Positions 53,827-64,000 of a stretch of 64,000 bases of DNA are shown here, one piece after another; the stretch's first letter is position 1; each line of letters begins with the position of its first letter. Both the position numbers and the translations under genes were made by a program. Location of the stretch: contig CM074810.1 in assembly GCA_037447605.1 (NCBI GenBank), positions 3,134,880-3,198,879 on the forward strand. The letters run 5' to 3'. The notes under the pieces are model-generated. The model made no database searches. It was not told where the DNA came from and was given only the letters and a program-made list of their open reading frames with translations. This stretch comes from Zygnema circumcarinatum SAG 698-1b (taxonomy: Eukaryota; Plantae; Zygnematophyceae).

Positions 53827-56800
53827 ATGGCGCGCATGCGGCTGCTCTTCTTTCGGCTGGACCGACTATGGTGGTGGCTGGCAGTGCTCTCCATTCTTTC
53901 TGTTCTCGGGCATGAGATCTCTCGCAGCAGCGGCTATGGTGTCGCAGACGCAACGGAGCTTGAAGGCTTTGGAGACGAGATGGATCTTGAAGAGGAGGAG
54001 GACGACGGCCTCCCTCTGCTTAGTCCTCCTGTAAAGCCAATAAGGTCTGGATTTCACACAGACAGGGGTCCTCCTGCAGCTGAAAAGAAGAGAGAGGGAG
54101 AGGGAGAGGGAGAGGGAGAGGGAGAGGGAGGGGGAGGGGGAGTGCGGACTTCGCCGGAGAGAGAGATTGAGGATTCGGAGGAGGAGGAATTAGAGGACGT
54201 GAGGGAGAGAGATATTGGTCGGAGAATGACAGAAGCAGTGTGGGATGATGAAGAATTTGAAGGCGTTCCGGTGGGAGAGGAGACTGTGGAGGAGGCTGGG
54301 AAGAAGGAGAGAGAGTTGAAAAAGCAGAAACCGAAGAGAGAGAGCCTTTTTTCAAGAAAGTCAGGAGCTCAGGGTTTCAAGAGACCCTCTGGTCCTTTAG
54401 GGTATGTAGTTGAAGCGTTGTCAGGCCTGTTTCTTGCATTCTATGCAGTGAATTATTGGCTAGGAAGGAAAGAAAATGAGAAGCTTGCGCTGGCGTGGGC
54501 CGAGCAATTTGCTTCAGATAATGCGATATTTGAGAAAAATTTTAGTCTTTTAGGCTCAGGAGACGGTGTAGATGACCCTTTGATGATGAAGGAGGGACAG
54601 AATGTATTCAAATTCTACGCCTCAGGTCGACGATTCTGCGAGGGGCTGCTTGCTACTCTTGACTTGCGGAATCGACACGACCTAATTTCTGTTATGTGGT
54701 ACAACCTTGTCCCCAAGAAGGACCTGCTCACTGTTGAAGTGTACATGAATGAAGATGCAATGGATCCCTTCGTTTTGGCGGTTACAAAGCGCAAACATGT
54801 GAAGGCAATTCAGCGGGAGAATAAGGATCTGAAGGAGTTTGGGAGCCCACTTGACTTTTCTGCTCGGCGGAGATGGCCAGCTGACGAATTGGCGGTGATA
54901 AGCGATTCGCGGGACGCAGCTACAGAGGTCGTATCTGATGTGATAATCGATCAGGTGCGAGATGTCCTCTGCTTTCTCCTCCTTCACCCTCTCCCTCTCT
55001 CTTTCCCACTCCCTGTCGCTCTCCTTGGCCCGTCGGGAATTTGCGAAAACCACCACTTTTTGGCGGGAGGAGGTGCAATACAAGCCAAGGATAGGATTAT
55101 GGTAGTACTAGCAGTCCCTCTTTCTTTCTGTCTGCAAAAGTATTGCATGCCAAACAAGGCATAAGAAAGTGTCTCAGTTGATTTCATGCTGGCGTTGATA
55201 GGCATTTAGCAGTTTTTTGTCCCTTACTCATTCCTTAAAGCTGATACTTACATCAACAAGGAGAAATTTATCGTCAATCATTTTGGATAAACAACTAGCA
55301 CTACACCCTCGTTGAGTCGTGTATCAGAATAGAACTTTGCTCCATGTTCACAAGCAGTACTTTTCCTTCGACTAGTTAAGGTCTTTCCAATCCGCAACAG
55401 ACCGTCCAAAAGCATCGAATAGCTTCCGTTATCAAGAGAGGGATATACCTTTTGGACATAATCGCACTTGTCACTGGAATTGCTCACTGGCTTTGCAATC
55501 GCAATGAACGGTCCCATGTAGGAGCTTGAAGCAGTTTTTTTTTTTTTAGTCCTTGAGTCATACTGCTTTTTAGCATTTACGATCTGTAGAAAGCGAATTG
55601 TAGTTTAGTGTTTGTTGTGTTAGAAATGTGATTTAGGAGTATTTACTGCAGATTAGCGGAACGCCTGCACATTTTTCTCCCACCTATTGTAGCTGTTCTG
55701 CATAGTCTTTTGCCCTGCAACAAAGCTAAAACTTCCTGCAATTGATCGTTTTTACTCGGAGCCTTCATCAATAAATTCTGTAAACAAAGCAGTTCTGCAA
55801 GAAGCTTCGTCGAAAGGAAGTTTAGGCAAAGCATCAGCTTTCCCCTCTCTGTAACAGAGAATAGCTGGGCCATGTGTTGCAGAAAGATTCGGGGTGGGAG
55901 GGACGGCTGCCACTGTTTGGCCCGACATATAGTCAAGCTGTCTATTACCTTGTATGTGATTGTGAAGCTGATAAGGTTGTGGGGTTCTGGGGGTGGATTC
56001 GCAGCTCTTCGGAGACAAGGTTTTTGAGAGGTTTTCAGAATATTTTGTATCTTTACACTTTTCTGATCAATACCCTCATGGAACTCACAAGAAACTTCTT
56101 TTGTTCAAGTTCAATCTCCCATCCCCGAAGAAGATGGCAGAGCTCACGAAGCTAATGGCAGCCATCCCTGTCTTCATTGACAATGTGGGACGCTTTAAGC
56201 TAAGTGCCGCTGTAAGTGCCAACTCTCTCCTTTTTCTGATGATCGATTGGATGGTATCTATGCATGTGCTTGCTGCCAACTCTCTCTGTTTCTCTCCCCC
56301 ACTCTCTCTCTCTCGCTCTCTCTTTCCTCTCCCCCTCTCTCTCTCTCTCTCGCTCTCACTTTTCTCTCCCCCCCTCCCTCTCACACCCTCTTCCCTCTCT
56401 CGCCCGCTCCCCCTCCCCCTTTCTCCCTCCCTCTCTCCCTCTCTCTCTTCCCCTCTCTCTCTCCCCCCCTCCCTCTCCCCCCCATCCCTCTCTCCCTCTT
56501 CCCTCCCTCCCTCTCTCTCTCACACACACCCCCCCGTTTGCTGCACTGTTGGAGCCAAATGTTAGTGTTGACAAACGTGGGTCGGCATCCTCTGTCTATC
56601 CAGGGTCGCACCAAGGCAGATAGTGCGCGTGCAAAGCAGTTGGAGGAGGAGCAGAAGGAGAAGCACGAGCAGAGAATGGAGGCCATTCAACGAAAGAAGG
56701 AGGAAAAGAGGAGGGCAGAGGAGGCCCGCCGGGCAGAGATTGAGGCACGGCTTACTCCGGAAGCACTTGCAAAGCGGCAGGAGAAGGAGAGGGCAAAAGC

Positions 56801-56846
56801 AGCCAAAAAGGGCGGCCCCAAAGTCAAGATTTCGCGCATACATTAG
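53827..56846 (+). CDS. CCDC47: CCDC47 / DUF1682 ER membrane protein (PAT complex subunit); exons 53827-54954, 56005-56211, 56604-56846
   Basis: Signal peptide, acidic lumenal region with WDDEEFEG, TM followed by NYWLGRKEN, then FKFYASGRR, LRNRHDL, LHFSDQ and a C-terminal coiled coil ending GPKVK. A truncated duplicate lies at 51778-52747. Confidence 0.9.
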
Positions 56847-57744
56847 TCCTTTTCTTCGGCAGTTATGGTCTGCAGCCTTGGAAGTGTCTGCCCTCCGAAA
56901 AGGAGCTTGTCAGGTTGTCCCTTTCAAAGGGTTTTGTTTCCGTGTGTGGAGTTCATACCTGGAGAACTGCAGGCGGAAGCTTTGTAGGAAATGGCTGTAA
57001 AAACAACCAGCAGTGGTGCCAAGGAGGGAGAGTTGAGTTATGCAAAGGGAGAGAGAGGAAGGGGGGGGGGGTGTATTGAGGGAGGAAGAGAGGGAGAGAG
57101 GGAGAGAGGGAGAGAGGGAGAGACGGAGAGGGGGAGAGATGGAAAGAGGGAGAGAGGGAGAGGGAGAGGGAGTGGGAGAGGGAGAGAGGGAGAGAGGGAG
57201 AGGGAGAGGGAGAGGGAGAGGGAGGGGGAGGGGGAGGAGGAGAGGAAGAGGAAGAGGGAGAGGGAGAGGGAGAGGGAGAGGGAGAGGGAGAGGGTCAGCA
57301 AGTGGTGTGGATCCCATGAATTCCAGTGAGAGGGATGACGTTGTTTGAAGGGGCACTCCCTATGAAGTTGGTTCAAGAAGAAGCGGTGGATCGCTGCGAT
57401 GTTGGTAGTGTAGCTATGGATCGCTCGGGTAGAGGAACGTGGCAGAGCCATTTGGAGGATGCAGGCTGGAAGGACCATTTTTTGTGGAAAGGAATTTTTT
57501 CTTTTTTTAGTGAAGAGTTTCAGCTAACGTTCTTGTCAGTTTGAGAAAATGTTCGATGCTCTTCTCAGTTGTAAAGTTCTGGAAGCAAAGTTCTAGCACA
57601 CAGAGAAACCTTCATGTCGTCCAACCTGCTAACCTTTCTTCTCATCTAAGCCGACACAGGTTCCTATGCCGTTCCGGTTTGCTTCGCCATTGTCCCATCG
57701 CTCCTTCGAGATGCTTCCTCTTCGGGAGGGCTGAAAGCCCTTCT

Positions 57745-57945
57745 GCTCCCGCTACGCGCACACCCTTCTATAGACCACAAGCCCGCCTCCTCCCGCTACG
57801 TGCACATCCTTCTTCGACCACAAACCCTCCTCTTTCACTACGCGCACACCCTTTTATCGACTCATCCGATACGCGCACATCCTTCTTCGACCACAAGCCC
57901 TCCTCCTCCCACTACGCGCACTCGCTTTATCGACCACTCAGTTCC
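57745..57945. repeat. Degenerate ~32-44-bp minisatellite (CTACGCGCACA.CCTTCT..GACCACAA)
   Basis: Five imperfect tandem units. Confidence 0.75.
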
Positions 57946-59016
57946 ATCGCCTGCATGCCCTTTCGGCGCGCTTTGGCTGGTGGTGCCCGTACCGGCGGTC
58001 CCTCCGCTGGGCGCACATCGCAGATGAAATCCCTCACTAGCACATAAATCGCTGGGTTGCAGCCCAAAACCGCGCACAGGCGAAGCAGGGTGCAGGAGTT
58101 GNNNNNNNNNNGGGGGGGGCTAGCTAAGGCAAGCTAAGCCCTGCCTCTGCATAAAATACATAATGTACATACATAAAAACTAAAATAAAATAACTAAAAA
58201 TGTGTTGGTTTTTCAAAACATGAGGAAGGTTTAAAGCCCCCCCAAGCTTTGTATGCGTAAGTCCACCCTTGAGGCAAAAGGAGGCAATTTTAGAGGCTGG
58301 GACTGTGCGCTCTGCGAGCGGGCCGCTTTGGCTCGACATTTTGTGTTGTTCTAGTAACACTTGATGGCCGCGCCATTGTGAGAACACTTCAGATCATGAC
58401 TTTCAGACAAGAGGAAAGGTCCTATTTGAGACACAGACGTGTACAAAACACGAGTGAAGCGAAACGAACACACGAAGTGGGCATGTCGAGCGAGCTGTGA
58501 AAAACTCAAAAGTATGACGATTTTCCAAAGGGTTTGTGGTGGGTGCGACACAGGGGCTTAGCTGTGAAGTTCTGACGGGATCCGGCATAGTAGCCTAGGT
58601 ATGATCGCACCACGACAATAATTGTTAATTGTTAAATTAAACTATAAATTTTTGAGCGCCTCCAGTTTCCATCATGGCGTGTTTTGCCTACGTGGCGACG
58701 ACGTGGCTGACACGTCATCCTTTCTGAATTCCTCGTGGTTATTTGTATCAAAATTATTTTTTGAAGGTACAGTACGATTTGTACAATATGGTACGAACCG
58801 TACCGTACGGCCTGTCTCCCGCCTTCCCTTTCTCGGGGCGGGTCTCCGCCCTAGTGAAGGAACCCTGAGGAGGCGAAAGCCAATGGTAGACTGCCACGTG
58901 TTAACTCTCTCTACGTGGCATGCTGTGATTGGATGACGTTTTAAGAAAGGACCCTGAATGGGACGTCTTCAACAGAGAGGCGAAGAGGAGAGCTGAGAGC
59001 TTGGGACGGCGCAGCC

Positions 59017-62000
59017 ATGGCGGCGAACGGGGGAGAAGGGGAGGAGGAGCTCGTGGACTTCGAGGGCTCCGACTATGGCTTCGAGGAGGGAACGGAGGCG
59101 GAATTAAGAGGAGAAGACTCTGCCCTTGCAGGGGGTGGCGGAGGTGCCGAGCAAGAGCAGGAACAGGAGGAGGAGGTGGAGGAGGAGGCTGGCAGGCGAG
59201 GCGTGCAGCAGGAGGATTCTTCCACAGCTGCTAAGGAGGTCCCTAATGAGGGAATACAGGTAAACGAAGGAGCTCAAAGGGTGCGGCTGTGCAGGTTATG
59301 GGGATATCAGGCGCGTCTGGAAGAGGTGCAGGCTCCAGTGTAAAGGTTTGGAAGAGGGAGAGAAAGAACATATATCAGCGAGATGTGCACGAATTTCATG
59401 AACATGCGATCCAAACCACGCGAGTATTGGCTCAAGCAAGCCTCCGAGCAGGAGGATCAGTAGGTCTGCAAGCTCGTTGGAATTAGGGTTAGGGTTGCGA
59501 GTACAGCTGTCGCCTAGGTGTAGGCTTCCCGGCCTGGAATATTTGGTCTCTTTATGTGAATACGGTGCAGAAGAGGCTTTCTGCAAACCCTTCCAAACTC
59601 CAGCAGCGGCTGGAGATGGTTCTGCCAGGTTCTGCCAAGTAAGCGGGGCCGCTTTTGTCGTCGATTTTTGGAGCGCAATACACTGCGGGCAAGATGTACA
59701 TCCACCGGAAAAAGTACTTTTCTTTGGTATGTTTTAGTAGACTCGGCTACGGGAGAATTACGAGACCCTTGAGAATCCAGTATTCAGCAATCTGATTCAT
59801 CGTTAACTCTTAGAAGCTCTCCGCGCAGCCGAAGCAGTTATTGTACTGCCAGATTTTCAACTTCTACGCGGTTCACTTTGTGGGCTACTTCGTTCTCATA
59901 CGTTTATCTGCGCATGTTTTTTTATAAGCTGCAGCTTTACGAATAGTAGACAGAATTGGGGTTATCTCAAGACTGGAGATAAATTTCGGAGATCCGTAGT
60001 ACCTCTTTCTCTCTCTCTCTCACTCGCTTTCACTCACTCTCTCTTTCTCCCTCTCTCTGTCACGTCGCCTTTCTCGTGCTCCAGCAGTTGCTGTCAGCCA
60101 GGGTTATGACTTTTCCTTGCGTCGTGTTGTCTTCAAGACTGGCAGTACAGCTGTTTCACCAGCTTCATGCTATGTTGGAATGCGTGTTAAGTCGAAATTA
60201 TACGCTCCTCCATATGATGATTCTCGACTGGCATAGTCGGATGAAGCAAGCTGAGTAGCGAGACCTTCCGAGGCACCGCGAACATCCTCACGTCTCACTC
60301 CGTCATGCAAGAAGAGGGATCCTTGCGGATGGTTGCTTAATCGGTTATGTTGCGAGCAGCTAGAGGATTCTCCTGACTGTCTGTCATTCGTTTCAATAAC
60401 AGACAGACAAATCGGCCTGGCCTGATACTTTTGTAGGTCGACCCTTCAATTATGTATCTGCAGTACTCGACTTTTTAAGTTGCTCCAGCATGGCATCACT
60501 GGGGCAAAGAAATTTAAACTACCGGCAATTGTTTACTTTGGTATTGCTGCACACTTGGCTTGTTTGGAGCACCTTTGGCCAAACAACAGCAGAAGCCGGA
60601 CACAAGTGCCAACAAAGCACGTGTATTTTTTTTCGGATGCACGAACAACATGAGGAGTCAGATACTGCACCGTTATGTGAAGAGGGCTTATTTCAACCAA
60701 CTGATAACTGCCATCTTGGGGCTAGCGACACTGATTTTTTTAAATTGCATGCTGTAGTTTGGGCAGCTGGTTTTTTTAGGACCAGTTTACTTCTTTGCTT
60801 GCGTCTTTGGAATGTCTCCGGTTGCAAATTTCACGGCTTCCTTTACCAAGTCATGGGCCGCACAAATTCGGCAGGTCTTTCCCGCGACAGGGTTTTATTT
60901 GCTCAATGTTGTTATAGACTTGGTAGCTTTTCCTGGTGGAGCACATCCTTTGAAGACAAGCAGGGGCATCTCAAGCCATGGAAGAATGTATTGTGATTTA
61001 CAAGTCGCATGAAGTCTCGTGTGAGTGAATATGAAGTCATGGTTATGGCACTGATTTGACGGTATTGAAGCCAAAGCCAAAGCCAACATGCCAAGTTGGC
61101 AAGCATAGCGATGAAATGTAGGCACACTCATTTGGTTTTCAGATGTGTATGGGAACCGTATACAGCAACTCAGTTCTGGGACAGCAAGTGCTACAATGGT
61201 GAATTCCAAAAACGAAGAGCAGGAAGCAGAAGGAATACCACCCGGCCACAACCAGGAAGTTGAAGACATGCAAGGCAGAAAACGACCCCATGAGAAGTTT
61301 ATTTCTGAGAGACAAGAGGCTCAGCCAGGTGCTAATTCTGTGAAGGCAACAGAGGACATTGGCAATGGCATCCCTGGCAATGACTTTAAACGACTCAAAG
61401 AAAGGTATGTTTGACTGTCTAATTGAGTCATGTAGTACAGGGTTATGCATTTGGATGCTCTGGGCCGTGCACTTCTGAGTGCTCTCCCTCGTGGTAGAAA
61501 TGATGTCACAGACTGAGGAATAAAGCCCATTTTGTTTCTCTAGAATATTTCGATGTGCTTACAGACGACACGAGTTTCGCGAGTCCTTTCAGTGATGCCC
61601 TATCGATGTTCTGATTGAAGAACTGTAAACCGTGACATGTTACTGATTTCACTAGCTGGTCGTGTAGATAAGAGGCTCCGAACCACTGTAGGGGAACAAC
61701 TTTTTCCAGTCTCATGATTTTTACCTTTCCCTATTTCTCCTTTCCACTGAAAGTCTGTTGCGTTTTCCTTGCAGTGCGAAAGAGGGCGAACCACGAGGCG
61801 GAGCACAAGCTTCCCCTGCAGGTATCCTACTGTAAACAACGATTGCTTGCTTACGAAGATTGGTCGATCTATTTTTGGAGGATGAAGCAAGCACGTACAC
61901 ATTACCTTCACTTGCCCCACGTTTTTCGCCACTCAGCATTAGCATTTCCTTAGCATCTTCTTAGCATTTTTTTTTTTTTCATTTCTTTTTGTTTTTCGCT

Positions 62001-64000
62001 TTTCATTCTATTGCAGGCAGGTCTGCTGGCAGCAGTAAGAAACGACTTCGTCCTCCTCCTCCCCCCCGCTATAGTGGAAGACGAAATTCTCTCTTTACAG
62101 ATGGTCCACCACAGGGTGGAATTTTGCCTGTACCGCGATCTATGCTGCAGGAGAGGGGTTCAAGGCCTCCGGCTGAGGTACAACCTTCTTCTTTACTTCT
62201 TCTCTTCTTTGATTGTTTGCAACCTTATCCAATCAAAATTTCACCATGCGACCGACAATGAAAGACGCAGTGTGATCTGTTTTGTCCTTTCTTGGTACGT
62301 CTAGGTGAAAAGAATTGAGAATGTAGGCTTGAGAATGTAGGATGGATTGCTAATTTGTAGTGTGATTTCCATATACGTTTCTGAGTTGAACATGGGCCTT
62401 TGTAAGGTGAAGAGAGGGACTGTTCTCAAAATCTTTCACTATTCTCTTATTGCTTGTGTGTCCATTTAGTGTGTATTGTTTTTTGTGTCCGCTAATAATC
62501 AAGCGAAGACACATTTCAGCTGTGGTATTAAACAGTCTCATAAGACGAAAACGTACTCCCATGCCCCACATGGTCTGTCTTATCAGTAACTGTGTTCATT
62601 TGCTTGGTGTTAAACCACCCGACTCTCCCCCCCCTTTCTTTGCTTCTTTCTCTCTTCAGGGATTGAACATGATGTTGTGGAAAGATACTTCGACCACTGA
62701 TGGTACACCTCGAACTGGTTTTTTTCCAAGAAATCAACGTGATCCTTCTTGGCCCCACTTTTCGGTGGACGCTTTAGAAAGACCTTCCCCTTTTGATAGG
62801 AGGAATTCTCAGCCATCCATGCTACCAATGCGTATGGATGGAGTTACTGCAGATAGACGAGCAAGAGATGGGGTTCCCTTTCATGGAGAGATGAGGGATT
62901 TTCCTCTTGCAACACCAACCATGGATACTTTGCGGCAAGAAACCGTGGAGAAGAAATACGTGCGACATCCAAGAGATGCATTTTTGGAGCAGGGAGTGAG
63001 TTCTATCAGTAGTAGGAATGCGAGAATGGACATAGAGGGACGGAGAGAGGAGGATGTGCGGAGGAAGGAATCCCGATTTAGCCTTGTGGAACAGAGAGGG
63101 AAAACCCGTTTTTCAGCAGCTGCCCGTGATTTTGGTGGGAGGGAATTTAGGGGTAGTCGATTGCCTGCAGATGAAGCAATTGCAAGGAAAGCAGAAGTGG
63201 ATATGTCTTGGAGAAGCCATGGTGGGGAGAAAGCACACAGCCTTAGAATGGATGAAACGATATATGAAACTGAGCAGCTGAAAAGAGGATTATTTGAAGA
63301 TCGCCATAAGCGGGCTGAATTGCTGTCAAGTGAGCTCTCACATAAAACAGACGTTCATATGTTGAGGAAGTATGGAGATGAGGGCAGGGGTCTGCAGGAT
63401 GAAGGGAGAGGAAAAAGAGCTCTGACTGGAGACGGAATACAGTATGGCGGTTCAAACTTGAGAGGAGATGGATTTCGAAGCTCCAAATGGCATAGTCAGA
63501 GGGGTCCTGATATTAGGGAAAAGGAAAGTTCTTTTAGACATCAGCAAACTCGGCTGCCTCTTGGGTCTGAGTTTCATGCAGCTGCTCCTCAATGGCAGAA
63601 TGGAAAGGAGGATGTATCCCCTGCTATTCCTCGGCAATTCGAAGTTGCAGAAACTGGACCGTCATTTACAACACTCAAGGAAAATGGTGATTCTGCAAGA
63701 TCATACTCACGTGCCTCAAATGTGACATTGCCTGCGCCTCCTTATTGGAAGGACCCTCTTTTGGGTTGGGACAACAGACATGAAAACCTGGGAGGAGTAG
63801 GGAGAGCAGAGTGGAGGAGAGACAGTGATCGACTTATGAATGAGAGGGAGATCATTCACGGCAGTGAAAGAGGAGAGTGGACGTCTAATGCACATGGAAA
63901 CATTGACGGTGGAAGAGGGGGGAGTGCAGGAAGAGGCAGAGAGGGAGGCAAGAGAAAAGAGCAAGAAAGACTTAGGGAGCAGGTTCAGATTCGAACAACG
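59017..64000 (+). CDS. 5' part of a large acidic, Arg/Asp/Glu-rich, probably disordered protein of unknown function; exons ~59017-59259, 61143-61404, 61775-61821, 62017-62177, 62660->64000
   Basis: GCCATGG start and canonical splice sites. The frame from 62660 appears open to the window end. A phase mismatch between the first two exons implies a missed exon. Confidence 0.7.

Larger units (their letters stand above)
50709..54796. repeat. Apparently identical 2039-bp direct duplication (50709-52747 = 52758-54796) separated by a 10-N gap
   Basis: Constant offset of 2049 and identical ORF tracks; the junction is an N gap. Confidence 0.95.

Noticed and set aside
60214-60254. ATGATGA...CTGA C/D-like pair in an intron
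   Set aside because: Only ~40 nt, with no terminal stem and no recognisable rRNA guide.

Overview
Eukaryotic nuclear DNA with GT-AG introns, many CT/GA microsatellites and N-gaps. Gene content (intron-rich GRAS, front-end Delta5 desaturase, PstS-like gene) suggests a non-seed streptophyte, probably a zygnematophycean alga (inference). From left to right: the 3' part of a GRAS gene with an 18S rRNA fragment in an intron; a secreted triple PAN/Apple protein; a ~3.6 kb nest of palindromic foldback repeats and MITEs; a PLAC8/CNR gene plus a truncated duplicate; a 27-bp higher-order tandem array; a ~15 kb Ty3/gypsy cluster; a disrupted PstS-like gene; a Delta5 desaturase; an apparently non-coding multi-exon snoRNA host gene divergent from SmF; CCDC47/DUF1682 with a probably artefactual 2-kb duplicate; and the 5' part of a large disordered protein gene. 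The Ty3 cluster holds two convergent copies of one chromovirus, one nested in a second Ty3 family. The most notable signals are four: (1) an unannotated C/D and H/ACA snoRNA cluster, including a hairpin antisense to both flanks of 18S helix 45; (2) 20 exact CCAAT-N9-CCACG elements, ten of them in five palindromic pairs; (3) an extra, possibly Dam-methylase-derived, domain between Gag and protease in the chromovirus; (4) rRNA micro-fragments embedded in non-coding DNA. All rRNA and protein comparisons are from recalled conserved sequences, not database searches.
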